Part shown: piece after piece, positions 24,443-41,008 of the stretch | How positions within the stretch are numbered: position 1 is the first letter of the stretch | Layout: each line of letters starts with the position of its first letter | Assembly (NCBI GenBank): GCA_047495785.1 | Contig: JBLDXI010000032.1 | Location: 3,534,001 to 3,598,000 of the forward strand | Origin: Lepidodermella squamata | Lineage: Eukaryota; Animalia; Gastrotricha | Length of the DNA stretch: 64,000 bases | Direction: 5' to 3' | Program-made: the position numbers and the translations under genes | The notes under the pieces: generated by a model | Database searches by the model: none | Told to the model about the DNA's origin: nothing | What the model saw: the letters and a program-made list of their open reading frames with translations, nothing else

Positions 24443-26979
24443 GAATGTTTTGTCTCGTAAAAATCTCTCGCGTTTTTCAATCGCTTTAAATTTGATGTCT
24501 CGCGGCGGAGATGGTGAATTTTCAGTACATTGTTGATCGACTTTCTCATTATTTTATCGTTTATATCGACAATTTTAATTTCATTGTTTTGAATTTCGAC
24601 GAGATGATATTATTATAATTATTATGCTGACTGGAATGAGTAGACTACTGACTAGCGTGTGAATTTTCGGTGTTTTTCGCACATAAAAAATGACGGATAA
24701 ATTTAATAAATAGTTCGAAATTGTTGAATCACCGGTGTCGTTTTACTTCTTCATGATGGCATTAATCAGTTGGAGTGAGAATAATGCGGTTTTCCGTCTA
24801 AAAACGGCAGCCAATAACGGGTCCATTTTGCTAGTGAACCAGCATGCCAAACGATCGGATACGGCTAAAATTTTTACTATTTTTATGTTCAAAACGACGC
24901 AGCCATAAATCAACCTGTTATTGTCGGCCATGTCACAGCTAGTGCCATTATTTTTGATGGGTCGGCACGAGGTATTTAATACACCCGATGATACATGGCG
25001 CGGCGTGTTCTTTTTTCGCCTTGTCGGCGCAATGGCTCGCGCGCGCTTGAGCACCCGGCTGGCGTTTTTATTGCTAAAATTTGGCGAAAGCGCGCGATGA
25101 GCGACAGCGCGTGGCCGTTAAGCGCGCGTGTCAAATATGCCGCAAAAAATAAACAGCACGCTGCCTAACTTTCTCCCACACCCGCGCGACTGAGTCAAGT
25201 GTGCGTAAAATAATAAGCAAACAGATATTTAAACTCCAACCATTATCGCTGCAGTGACGTTAATCGTTTAATTTACTGTCAAGTTGATAGCTGTAATAAA
25301 TGTATTCACTTGCATCCTATCTTTTCATTTCATCATCACTCGCTGCCGCTTGACTCAAAGAGATGAGCATTTAAATTTTGATTTATTACCTACTTATACC
25401 GCGACATTTTAGTTCAAAACTCTCAACAACAAAAACTTCCCGAGTGTGTTTGTCTTCAAAATTTTATATCCGCGGTCGGGTCTCGCAAAACACACGCTTG
25501 CTTGAACAAAGCGTCGCATGGCATCAAAGTTGCGCTAATTGGGTATGCTATCCAGTCACATAGATCAATCACTTTGTCATAAAAATTGACAGCAGCCAAT
25601 ACTAGGTAATAAGTCCGTGTGACATTCGTCAATATCGTACTTATTGTCTTGATGAGTTATGATTCGAGGTGACGTTGCGCTGTGTGGCACTGTTAATCAG
25701 TAGTGACCAAATTGACAAACGTTGGCATGATATGTTCTAATTAAATGTTTAACATTCAATTTGTGGCGCTTTTTCCACGGGTAATAATTGATCTATTTTA
25801 GGCTTGTCTTTCAGTCGATTGGAGACATCAACATTTTCCGTGGCAAACGAGGCGAATCTAAATCGCGTATTTTTCGGCTGTTCAATTAAACTCAAAATTG
25901 TCCTCCCCATCGAAATTGATTGGGATAGAATGACAGCCGTGACACCTGATTAAACAAAAAGCTCTACTCATGTCATGTATATAATGTCCGAGTTTCAAAT
26001 TGACAATATGTCGTCGATTTCGTCTCAAGCGAATGCACCTGAGACTGTGCAGTGTTCAAAGAATATTCGGGCAACAGCGCGTCTTGAACGTCAAGTCACC
26101 GCGAACGACAAACTGATGAGCGTCCGCAACCCGGTTGGTTTATAGGTCCATGAACAAACTCATGTCATGCATTGATGAAGTTTCTAAACCGCATGGGCAG
26201 AAGTAGGCCGCTTTTACAGTTTGAGTTCATGTTATGTTATGAATAGAACAATTATAAACCATAATTTAATCAGAAAATCAATCTTTCAGCGGAACCAAAT
26301 TTACGGTAAGCTGAACCAAATTGGCTGTAGCCTAGTTCGAAACTCGAAACCAGGGCAAATGTCGTCTTTCAAATTACAAACAGAATTTGAGGTAAATTAT
26401 ACTTTCTGAAGTGAATACTACACGTACGTCATGCCCAGAATTTCAAGCTGAATTTTACACTTATCTATCTAGATAACTATAAAAAGAATCCAGCAGTCGC
26501 CTATTCCATATATTTTTACATTATTTTTAAGATGATTTTATGATGATTCATTTTATGATACATATATTTTCATAGTCATTAACATGACATCGCTTTACCG
26601 CACCAAATCTTACGACTGAAAATATTATAATGATCCACAATGGCTTACATATTTTACAGCGTGTCCGAGAAGTTGCGCAACTATTTTCAATTTGGCGCCA
26701 CAGTTTTGTAGGCAATTCAATTTTTTTTATTTAAACATAGGTATACCGAGAAAATATTCTGAAGATTTAACCGAAAAATCAAAATTTTACCGGAGAAAAC
26801 GCGGAAAAGTCCGATGGTTATTAGTTCGGTAAATTTCGGTGTTTTACGCGGTTGGCCAAATTTCTCCGGACTTTTGTAATCCCATTAGCAAGTGGCATAC
26901 TTGATTACTATTCTCGTGATTTCTTGAATTTTTGTAAAACGAGCTTCTGAACCCTTTTCCGTGTATTTTCTTTGCTTGC

Positions 26980-27325
26980 GGCAATTCGCAGAACTTCCGC
27001 TCTGAGTTGTCGTGTCATTTGAGAATCCGCGCGGCGATGACTCAGAAAAATAGTTTGCCATTTTTCTGAGCGCGACAATTCAGAAACCGGCTCGACAATT
27101 CAGAATGCGAATTGTTACTTACTAATTTCAATGTGAACTTGCAGCCGATGAATTCAGCTCTGCCAAGACCGAGCAAGACATGTCGTAGATGCATGCTCAA
27201 GTCTCAATATTTCCTGAATTCTTGCATTCTGAATGTCGCTCAGAAAAATATTCTGCGTTGTCGTGTTCTGAATTGTACGTTTTGAATTGTCGATTACTGG
27301 GCTGGCTCTTCTGAACTGTCGTCCC
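26980..27325. repeat. Degenerate inverted/tandem repeat patch, possible old foldback MITE
   Basis: CGACAATTCAGAA occurs twice (about 27074-27105), with inverted variants TTCTGAATTGT, TTGAATTGTCG and CTGAACTGTCG at about 27267-27321. CTCAGAAAAATA occurs twice. Confidence 0.35.
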
Positions 27326-28097
27326 ATTTTCGAAATATTTTTCAGATCCCGGCTGCGTCGCGTTCTTTCAGGCCTTTATTAGGCCTTAGACTGGAAATCA
27401 CGGTGAACTTAAACGTAATTTGTTTGAACTTTTCAATCAGTCGTGAAACTCCGGAAAATTCTGAAACGGCATTTTTGGGTGAATTGATTATTTAAATTGG
27501 GTTTCTGCAGCGGGCAATATAGATAAAAGGCCCTACTTTAATTACCTAACAATCACTATCTGCTGTTGTCTCCGGCATCTTCAGTCTTGGTTATCAACTA
27601 ATGTAGCTTCGGGGTGTGACTGACCCTGTGTGCAACCACGACAATCAGTACCCCGCAATGTACTAAACTGGGTTTACCATTTTCGTGACAGCTGTAAATA
27701 ACGCATTCAACTGTTGAAACCGATGTGAAAGCTGCAGAAAATCTTTATTAGGTAGGTTCTACTCAATCTTATCCAAGCTGAATAAATATCATGGGTAAAA
27801 TTATTGAAGACAAAATGAAACAAAGGTTCAAATAGCAAACTGCATATTCAATATCCGATACGTTTCCATAAAACATTGTATACACATCGCCTCAATGTTG
27901 AGCATTTATACACGTTTCATCTCAAAATCACAACAAATAAGAAGACAGATTTGCATTAGATTGTCAAATTTGCGTCATAAGAGTATACGAAAAAACGAGC
28001 TGAAACAGTTGAACAGCAACGCAAATGTCAAAGTGAAAAGAACGTGAGAGTGATAAAAAGGTGAGATAAATCTCTATCAATTCAATCGTGCCAAGCT

Positions 28098-31000
28098 TCA
28101 GTAGTCAATCGTCGAAGTTTTCATGTGGTGGGACGTCGTGAGTGCCTCGATTGAAGACGAAGGTGCGAACAATTTCCGATGAATAGCGCTCGGAGAGGCC
28201 ATCTCTGAGCGATCGGTGTCGAATTGGCCCCGCGTTGACCGACTGCCCTTCATAATGCCGCGCTGATTCGGAGATGGCGAGGGTGACCGCCTGATTTGAT
28301 AATTCTTCGAATTGACCGCCGGTGCCGCGTTGACAGGCGTCGGAATCAAACTGGCACACGAGTTCGACATGGTGCGATTTCCGAGATACTTCAAAATAAT
28401 TTCGTCCACAGCCTGGCGTTCGGTTTTAATTTCAGGTGCAACATAGCTGTTCGACTGCTTCTCAACTCGAGGCGGCTGGGGTGACGCTGGAGGGGCTGAA
28501 CTGAACCCGTAATTCGAATAGTTATAAGTCTCTCGAGTTTGGTTTTGTTGCGACGCCGAGTTATTGTTCGTAAAACCACTCGGCGGGCTGATCGTCACAG
28601 GCTCAGAGGTTGTTGCATCCAGGCTAGCGGCTGGCCTTACATCAGAGAATGTCACCTTCCGAGCAGCTGGGCTAGTTGTTTGTTGCTCGGAGCCATTGTA
28701 AGACGACCGAGTGAATGAAGCAGATCCAGTATTTCGCCAGGAAGTAGTCGAAGAAGAGCCATTAGACTCAGGAATGTAGCTGCTTTTACTCGGCGTATTG
28801 GACTTTTGCGAGCTAGTTAACCCAAAAAATTGAATAATTCAAACATCTCAGAAATTTCCTACTTACCTTTCGACCCTAGCAGGCTTGGGTGAAGGGGAGG
28901 GAATTAGCGAAACACCGTAAGATTTCGCATTACTGGCTAAGGTAGCGCTTGCCCTTTGAGACATATTAGCGTAAGGCGACGGACTCGCAGCAGTATTTCC
29001 AACGTTCGAAGCAACTGAAGTTGGAACAGACGAGCCGCCGTTGCTGACCTTACTAGCCGAACCAGATAAGCCATTTGCATAAGATCCGGACGACTTAATC
29101 GGGTTGCTGGATGTAGATCCAATTCCGTTAAGGTAGCTGCTACTACCGCCAAATTGGCTGGTTTTCGTCGCCAGTCCACTCAGGTCAAGTCGCTGACTCT
29201 CGCCAGTTTTCGACTGGGTCGTAGTGCTCAAATCCTGGCTAGACTTCGCCAGCGAGTTGAAACGACTTGAAACAGCAGCAGTTTCACTGAACGACGTCAA
29301 ATTTTTTAAATTCGTCGTATCTGTCGGAGGTTTACTAGCAACGACTTTCGGCTCTTCAATCGCTGGGTAAGTCGTGGTTGTAACAGCAGCCGGCGTTGGC
29401 GGCATCAGCGAGCTTTTAAAACAGTCCAACATTCGCTTCTGCGACAATTTCAACTCTTCCATTTCCAGCCGAACCGTGTTAACAGCATGAACCATCTCGC
29501 TTAAAACTCGTTTCGTTTCAACGCAAGACGAGCAGTTGACGGGTCGAACCGGCTGGTTTGCAGCTATTTCGGTTGAGCCAGGCAGTTGCGTGAAACTTCG
29601 CTGGCTCGCAACAGGTAGCGACATCAATTGTCGCGGCCCTTGGACCTGAATCGCGTTACCAGGTGCGGGCGACCTGGTTTGATCGTCCGACGACGCCTGG
29701 CTCTCCAAATCCATCGAATTCTTGTTGTTCGACCCGATTGCCGTCCAAGTTGTCGTACTGCTCGCCGATTGGTTCGAATTAGCGGCGATATTCGAGATGA
29801 TGGCCATCGCTAGGCTGTTGACAGCCGACTGCTGGTCGGTTTTGTTTCGCGCCAGGTCGCTGACCTGTTTATTCAACCGATCGTTATCAGCTCGAAGCGA
29901 CCGTAATTCACCCAACAAAGCTGCAAAATGACGAAATAAAATGTTAAAATATCTCAATGTTTACGGCGTATAGATTGAGAAACGTAAACAAAACGCAAAT
30001 AAAAATGGCCATTATTTCGGCTAGAATTCAAAGGCTACGCGAGAAAAAGAAAGGCGCGCGCTATTGTTTGATTAAAAGAGTCAGAAGGAGACACTAGGCG
30101 TGCTATAAAACTAGACCTACCATTGACGCCTGCAAGATCGTCACCTTCAAAAAGAATATTGTGTGGCCGTGAATTGCGAATCAAATTCAAAAGCTTGAGA
30201 CCATTGTAACCAGCAGATGAGGCGAATGTGCCCCCAAAAGAACCCATCGAAAATGTTATTTTTAACCTCAAATTTCAAATAACGAGCTAGACTTTAGCTA
30301 GAATTTAGGCGTTTTTTATGCAAACGCGTTTGCCAATACTGAAACGCAGCGCTTGTAAACAATGCTAGAAAAATATTTCGAGATGAAATGCGCATAATTC
30401 AATTAATGTTTCATGACCCGAACAAAGACCGTCGACCATCGAAATACGAAACTCACTTGTCATCAATCCGTTATTGTTTTCGTTTTCCTGAGCCGTTGTT
30501 GTCGATGAAGAAACCACGGTTGACGTATTGGTACTAGCGTTTTTATTCCGCAGCGATTCGTCGCTTGATTCGTTTCTCACAGGACTGGTCGGCTGCGGCG
30601 AATTTCGGTGATTGCCGGGTATTTGCGACGGAGAGTTCATCACTCTGTCATTGATTGTCTGCGAATTACCGCCGCCCAGCGGAACCGGGCTGCTACTAGT
30701 CGCCATCGCAGCCATAGATTTGTTAAAAGAACTCGACAAAAGCGAGGCGGATGGGCTGTAGGAAATCTGATTTGGCGATTTAGTACTAATACAATCGGTG
30801 TTTAGTTGTTGCTGCATTTTGGCGCGTTCGTCCACGGATAAGTCTAGAATTTCAGCCGATAGCCGGCCGTAGACGTCATCGACGGCGTCGTGCACCACAG
30901 AGGCCGTGTCATCTGACGACGTTGAGTTACTGCGAGATCGAGTTGGTAACGAAACTGACGCTACGTCGTCGGCCTGTTCGATTAGCTGCTTAGACTCGCC

Positions 31001-31206
31001 GAGCGAAATCAGGCACGCTGCAGAGATTTGGTCATTAGCTGCCGTCGAGCTTCTACCCCCGCACTATAGTGTAATATACAAGTGCGTCTGCGTAAAATCC
31101 CCCTTAATAACAAATCAAAACTTACGTTATTCGCAGCAGAAGAAACATCAGTAAAAGCGATACCGGATAGAAGATCTACAATAGATGAAGTAGCCGCCGT
31201 TGTCAT
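28098..31206 (-). CDS. Uncharacterised Ser/Thr-rich disordered protein with coiled coils; 4 exons (introns about 31064-31125, 29921-30456, 28813-28866)
   Basis: Four minus-strand ORFs join in frame through GT-AG introns. Coiled coil LLGELRSLRADNDRLNKQVSDL; RKVTF motif. Confidence 0.65.
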
Positions 31207-31928
31207 AGCCTATCCCCTAAAGACCCAACACACAACATCAAAGCTAAATAAAATTCTAGATGGGAGAAAAATAACAGTGAAGTGCGAGCGAAATGTCACA
31301 TACGTAAAATAATCGATTGACATATCTGCCATTTGTTGGTAAATAACGCGCATTAGCGGGCAAAACAAGAATAAATTGTGTCACAAACTGCGTGAATGAA
31401 TGCAGGTGCGGAAATACTTGTTCGACACGCATCTAGTCCGTCATCATTCATCGTGTCGCAAACATTTTGCTCGATTTTAGGGTATATTACTTGTAGCATT
31501 TAGTTTATAGCAACAGCGGTGCAAACTATTTATCTACGCGGCATGTGCGCTTGCAGCTAGACGAACTACCTACAACTGAATGTACGTTCAATTAGAGGCC
31601 AAAGGCGACTAATACCTATGCGTAAGGAACCCGTATGACGTTTTTCAATCAATAAGTTCACACGCGCGAGTTGTGCGCCTCAATAGAAAACGGCCGGGCC
31701 TTGTGCATTGAAAATCGGCGTGTTAAATCGCAACAAACACCTGTAGCCTGGCATGACTCTTTGCGGGTGAAAGCGCCCGCGGGGACAAAATCAAGTTATT
31801 TAGCACAGACGGGTGCTTCAGCAACAAAAGACTCCCCGCTCAAATAAAACAACGATAAAGCATTTATTTCCACACGAAATAGCGGCTATAAATGAAAGAA
31901 ACAAGAGTAAAAACAACACTTAGCAGCT

Positions 31929-32675
31929 TCAAGTTATCTTCTTGTGCTTGAAAGTTCTTTTCATTCGTTCACGAGCGCTGCCGTCTAGAAGACCAGTGAT
32001 AGCAACTAGTTGGTATTGCTGTTCATTCGTCGCAGGCGTAGGCATAAACGATGCTTTCGGATTACGCCCTCGCGTGCTTGGGTCTAATATAAATAAGCCC
32101 TTATCCGGAGATCGGCAACCAACGACTGTCAAACTGTGCCCTGCATACTGCATATACAACGGAAAAGGGATATTCGACGTAATGTATTGGTGCACGTAGG
32201 TAACTAGTGATCGGTGAACCGGTTTACCCGATGGCGTTCGACTGGTAGGCAGAGAAAAATCAACAACTTCACATTCGATGCCGAGAAAAGCTAGTAACGT
32301 AGCAATTTCAGTTGCACCGATCCACTTTTTCGTACCAATTAGTTCGCCATTTAATTGAGCCGCACCAACAGCATCAAAGCCATTTTGCCATGCCGACTCA
32401 ATCAAAGTTTGAATCGACGGTATAGACGGAACAAAATTAGGCAGTCGTTGAGCAAACTCAGGCACATCTAGCAGGGCAGAAATAACGTTTTGGGTGTTTC
32501 TGTAACCACATCCCCAGCCATTATCAACGCGATATTGAGCACGATACCAGTTCTTCGGTAAAAGCGTATAAATGGTATCACCAAAAACCGAGGAATTTAG
32601 AAAGTCAGACGGGCCAGCCTGTTGTTCGGCCTCAAGCGGCAAATGCCGCCAATATCCATTCAACGAAGACATCAA
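31929..32675 (-). CDS. ZUP1: ZUP1/ZUFSP-family deubiquitinase (peptidase C78), catalytic domain only
   Basis: DNGWGCGYRNTQ (Cys), IPSIQTLIESAWQNGFD, WIGATE, YMQYAGHSLTVVG (His), ILDP (Asp). Confidence 0.85.
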   Translation of the reverse strand: MMSSLNGYWRHLPLEAEQQAGPSDFLNSSVFGDTIYTLLPKNWYRAQYRVDNGWGCGYRNTQNVISALLDVPEFAQRLPNFVPSIPSIQTLIESAWQNGFDAVGAAQLNGELIGTKKWIGATEIATLLAFLGIECEVVDFSLPTSRTPSGKPVHRSLVTYVHQYITSNIPFPLYMQYAGHSLTVVGCRSPDKGLFILDPSTRGRNPKASFMPTPATNEQQYQLVAITGLLDGSARERMKRTFKHKKIT

Positions 32676-33385
32676 CCCTAAATATCAAATTTAACATGTA
32701 CACCGCTACGAAAGGATTCTGAGTCTGAAAATAATTCTTAATTAAAATGATTCAGCTAACATTATACTTGAGAGCCAAGAAATTCAATATCTTCGAGAGC
32801 CGGATCAAGGACCATAAAACAATAAAACATTCAGGGTTCGCCTTTCAGAACAATTAACCACGATAAATAAGCCACAAATTAACGTTCAGACAGCTTTTTG
32901 CTGCTGTTATCGCGTTTTTAGCGCTGGATTCACATTTTAGGAAGAAAACAGCTATCCTTAAAGAACTGGAAATAGTAAACAGTAAACAGTGGTGCATTAA
33001 GCAAGAGGCAATGATTCAGACGATTCATGAGCTAAATAAGACAAATAGAAGCTTCCAATTTTAGCGGCTTTCTACATTTTGAAGATGTAGGGAGTAGGGA
33101 CAAATCTAAGGTTCGTCCCACTCTTTTTTTATATGGGAAAACAAGGGTCAGAAAAAACTGTAATCGAGCACGTTCCTCATCATCGATCCCCGCTTACTTA
33201 TTTCGATTTTTTAAATTACGCGCCTGTAAAATCATTTTGCTACAACAAATTTTTTATCAAAATTTTCTATGGTTTTGTGTTATTTTTATAAACAAACATG
33301 AAAACAGCACGTTTATCAAAGCGCGCGAACGTTGGGATTTTTCGCCAACTTTTTGAAAGAGAGGGTTTAGCTGTTTTCTAAGTGC

Positions 33386-33800
33386 CTAAAGCTCGTCAAA
33401 CTTGTCGAACAGCGTAAGGAGGAGGGAGGATACCGTCTTCTCCTTGACAGGATAATCAACTACACCAGTCTCGTCGTAGTTGAAGATATTTTCAGGTGGT
33501 GCTTGACCGATATCCGTCTTCGACAACTGAAGAAAAAATTCAGTGATATCATAAGTTGTTACTGTAGCTCTTGAGCGAGAAATATTAGCAGCCGTGGTCA
33601 CTTTGATTTTTCCACGGTTGAATTTTAAAAACTCGTCCACCCAATCTTGGGAAGGCAAGTTATTAGTTATTATCATTGAAAACTTTCCGTCCCTTGTCCC
33701 TTGTAATCAAGGAGTGACTTAACGAGCTGACGAAGTTGAAGTTTATCAATCAGAAATTTCCAAGAAGCCAGAATTTGGCAGTAGGTAATGATTATGTTGT
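33386..33800 (-). pseudogene. Decayed pogo/Tigger-type DDE transposase fragment
   Basis: LPSQDWVDEFLK (CENP-B-type HTH end), AANISRSRA and NIFNYDETG (first catalytic Asp of DDE_1). Frameshifted and truncated. Weak imperfect inverted repeats at 33103-33123 and 34473-34498. Confidence 0.7.
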
Positions 33801-34739
33801 TTTCTTTATCTTCGAGTACTCGTTTTCTCCCTATCTTCTATCTTCCTCGAACCTTCCCCTGTGACAATGCGCCATACGGTAGTATGAGGTACATAAAATT
33901 CGTATTTCTGTTGAAACATTTCGCTGCGTCGCCTTGACGACAATCTGGAGTCCGCAGCGTACCATGTTTTAAGGTCGTTAACTTGCTCTTCACGTTAGCA
34001 TGACACGTTTACGCGTGGTCGCTTATGTAAACCGTTCCTGGCGGAGTGTTTCCGAAGCTTAGAGTAACCACGGGAAATCGCGAAAATACAAATTATCAAA
34101 GAGAAAACAATAAACAGAGCGCTGAGGATCCACCCATCATAGTCAGAGGGCGTTCTTTGCATTAAATACATTCTACAAGGAAGAAATAAGATAATATTTT
34201 AGTGAGGAGCTTGGAAATACCTCCAGACCAATTCGCCTGCTATTCCATCAGGTCAACAGGCTCTTTCATTTTTCAATGTCCAATTAGTAGCGATCCGTTA
34301 AAATCTGCGAACGACCTTTCACCATCGTTATTTACTATAAGGGATGTTCATTGGAAGCTCTGACAGCTTTTTTACTCATTTCCGCGATCGAGCGGGACGA
34401 AGTGATCAATTTGAGCTTCGCCGAACGGGCGGTACTTGTAGTATCGGCAAGTATGTATTATAAATAGAATGAGAGTGCTGGGACGGGCCTTATAGATTAA
34501 TTTTGGCTATATACACGGGTTTTTAAAAGCCACTATAAACCTGGATTTTGTACAGTGAAATGTTATCGTGTAAATAAAATGGGTTTCCACGACAACGCGA
34601 ATAAAGTAGCTGCGCCCATAGCGGGACGTGCTACGTTTTCTCTGTATTTTGATTACAAGCTGAGGATGATACCTCTTTTTCCAGTGGGTTACATAATACA
34701 TATTGTCGTTTATTTTAGTTTCTTTACAAACTTGGAAAA

Positions 34740-38012
<3,273 letters not shown>

Positions 38013-38119
38013 TTGTGGCTGTGAAAACATTGATCACTTTGCTGCCTTTTTAACGCTCTTTCGTGAATAAAAATCATGTTCTATGAGTTCAATATGAGTT
38101 GGAGTCTTTTTGATCAAGT

Positions 38120-38865
38120 TCATTCAAGCCGTGATACACGTGCATCATTGACGCCGGTGTAAAAATCATTAGGAAAAGCAGTCGGTCCAATACTGAACGT
38201 AACCAGCAGACCACTCCGAAGTGTTGAATTCGCAGCTGTTCGAAAATCAACGAAAGCTCTAATCCAATCATGCAGTTCGCCGCAAACATTGATATCACAG
38301 TGTTTATTGAGTATTGGCGCAATTGGATCGGCATCAATTTAATACGGACTAATTACCGAGTCCGTCAGTAGTTGGGAATAATTTGTATGGTTTCTCAAGG
38401 ATTTTGATTTATTTATTAATCTTAAAATTGCATTAAATCAGGCAAAACAACTGTTCGCTCGCTAATTTAATGATGCTGTGAACGGGTAACGTTTGAAGGG
38501 ATAGGTTAAGTGAAAAAGGTCACATAAACGGCTTAGGCGGAGTCGAAATCGGCTAGCCTTCGGCGATGAGGTCTTGAGGATAGCTTCGTATTCTTCTTGC
38601 AAAGCCTTTTCGGCCCAGCTAATGTCGATTACTTGCGGTCAAAAACTCTTTTTTGTGGCACCCCCATGAAAATTAGTTAATCGATGGTAAATTGTGTTCA
38701 GTCCAAAACGCAGCGTTCTGACTGTTGACAATGCCGCCCAGCTCGACAAAAGCTTCATTGGTGAACCACACTTCATCCTTCACTATTGCTTAGAGCTTAG
38801 AACACGTAGCGCTGCCAATCAACTCGATGCGACAATAAGACTGTTGATCTGTTCTAATTTATAAT
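38120..38865 (-). pseudogene. Decayed Tc1/mariner-superfamily transposase fragments
   Basis: Minus strand 38676-38777 reads DEVWFTNEAFVELGGIVNSQNAAFWTEHN (cf. WFSDEAHFHLxGxVNKQNxRxW). Near 38140-38195 it reads IGPTAFPNDFYTGVNDAR (cf. IGPYFF...VNxxRY). Interrupted by stops and frameshifts. Confidence 0.45.
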
Positions 38866-39017
38866 ATCTTCATCTCGGTTTATATTCGTGGAATATGATC
38901 AAAACAAATTCGTTTCGCTAACAGTTCGAATTTCGGTTCTTTCTGTTTCAGGCGGATATAACAGAATATCAGAAATTTTATTATCAAATAATATTTCAGT
39001 CTTATATATACTGGGAA

Positions 39018-40177
39018 CTAGGACAACAATAAAGTGCGGCCTTCGATGAGCAATCGCGATTCCGCTGATTCGTTTAGACGGCTGATTCGCACTTGTGACT
39101 TTGTCGAAGAACTTTGAACAAATCCAAGGGCCAAACTTGGGCTGGAATGTGCCCAAATGACATCAACCATTAAAGCTGGCGGAGATTCGCCCTCGTTTAT
39201 TCGATGAGCGTAGACAAGAACAAGGCCGAGTTGGCAGTCATTGTCGAAAATCCGCAACTTCTTCATAGCCGATGATGCTGAATTTATAACAGGTGACGAT
39301 GAATCATCAGGGTTTGCGCTGTCCATCACGTGACTAGCTAGAGATTTCGCGATGAGTTTTGCTAAAATTACTTCACCTTCACCCGATACGACAACTCCGC
39401 ATGCTGAAGATCCATCATCCGATTTCTCGCACCAACAGCTCGCGCCAATAACCGCAGCAGGTCCCACTCTGCCTTAAAAAGATTGGAAATAAGAATTGTA
39501 GGTACTTCTTTTTAAGGTGGGCTCTTTACTATACCTTGCGTCTTCATGACACTCCCGCCACTGCTGGATCCAGCAGCAATGTAAAAATCGTTGGAATTCA
39601 GGCTGAGTGAGATCGCTCCTACAGTGTCTTGCGGTGGCATTTCATTGGCTGCTATCGAAGATGCGCTGTTTTTGGAGTCAGCGAATGCCCGAGAATATTT
39701 TGAATACTCGCGTTTGCGTTCAGGCGCAATCAGCTCATCTGGTTTACATGTCTGAATGCTTGCGCCCTTGCACCAGTCCTTAGCAGCGGATCCACATAAA
39801 AAACTTGGTTGGACAAGTCCGAAAGTTTTCTCATGTTGTGGCGGGGATATTTGATTTTCCAGCAATTTGTGAGCTGCCTTTATTGGATTCTTGACGGAGC
39901 CTATGCAGCCAACTGCCCCGAACATTCCGTTTCTGCCATCATGTATTATAGCATCCATTTCAACCTTACCGACCCTATTTAGGGACGAGCCGTAACCGGC
40001 ATTTGTGAATTCGCTATTTTCGAGGGAGACTATCGAATTAACGACATTAATTAAGCTCGCCGACTTAGAGCCGGATGACAATCCGGCATCACAGGAATCC
40101 CGAAGCAAAGATTTATACTGAGGCTCCAAATTCGGCGAGTGAAAACCCGCACCGCCCATGACAGCGACAAAAGCCAT
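39018..40177 (-). CDS. TASP1: Threonine aspartase (Taspase 1); intron 39473-39534
   Basis: GGAGFHS, LENSEFTNAGYGSSLNRVGKVEMDA, autocleavage site QD|TVGA, SSGG..K..GRVGPAA. Confidence 0.9.
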
Positions 40178-40311
40178 TTAATCACAAAAAACTAAACAAA
40201 ACAAATAGATGACCCCATTTCAACAATTTTATTAGTCGAGGCTGACAGAATCATGCTTAGTCTCAAATGGCGATGGAAAATTAAAATTAAGAATGTCCGA
40301 GGTTAGTTTAA

Positions 40312-40920
40312 TCATGACTTCCAGAAATGTGGATCGGCCTTTAGGCGTTCGCTGAACTTTTGATACCATTGCACGACAGCAGTGATAGGAACCACGACTT
40401 CATTACTAGGCACGCCCGGACAAATGCTGGAAATTGGCTTTCCGAACGACGAGATGTAGTTGAATAGATTTTCGGCGCAATATTGCGAAAATTCAAAATG
40501 GTGCTCAGCCGATTGTGCAGGATCGGTCGAATATCCGTTAATTGTCCCCATCGGCTCTAAACTCACGCCAATTTGGGCGGATGAAGATATAGGAGATGCA
40601 AGACCAGCAACGAATGCCTCCTGGCCAGCTGATGGCGACGCGTGGCGGAATTTCGACAAGCGGAACAAAGCGCTGGGTTTTTCGTTCGAGATGAACCCGA
40701 GATATTTGGTGCTCGTGGTGCCATCTTCGGCCAGCCATAAGAAGTAAACAGCGGCGCCGTACCCAATAGGGAGTTGGATAGTTCCAGTCATAAAAACCGC
40801 AACATGCTTGACACTATTCACGTCGGGAATCGTGAATACAATTCGAGCATCGTCGATCGTTTGATAGTCGGTTTGTATCCCTCGGCCGCAGCACAGCAAC
40901 CCGAAGGCGGGAGCAGCCAT
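40312..40920 (-). CDS. HIKESHI: Hikeshi/OPI10 Hsp70 nuclear import carrier
   Basis: FGLLCCGR, HVAVFMTGTIQLPIGYGAAVYF, LGFISNEKPSALF, AQIGVSLEP, WYQKFSERLKADPHFWKS. Confidence 0.93.
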   Translation of the reverse strand: MAAPAFGLLCCGRGIQTDYQTIDDARIVFTIPDVNSVKHVAVFMTGTIQLPIGYGAAVYFLWLAEDGTTSTKYLGFISNEKPSALFRLSKFRHASPSAGQEAFVAGLASPISSSAQIGVSLEPMGTINGYSTDPAQSAEHHFEFSQYCAENLFNYISSFGKPISSICPGVPSNEVVVPITAVVQWYQKFSERLKADPHFWKS

Positions 40921-41008
40921 ATTTTAAATGATATGTAACTCTCTAAATAAAAATACACACTTTGTCATATGAGTTAAAAAAAACGAATTGAGTGATTTAA
41001 TCGAAATA

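Noticed and set aside
26655-26690. TA-CAGCGTGTCC resembling a Tc1/mariner terminal inverted repeat
   Set aside because: No matching inverted partner found in the window.
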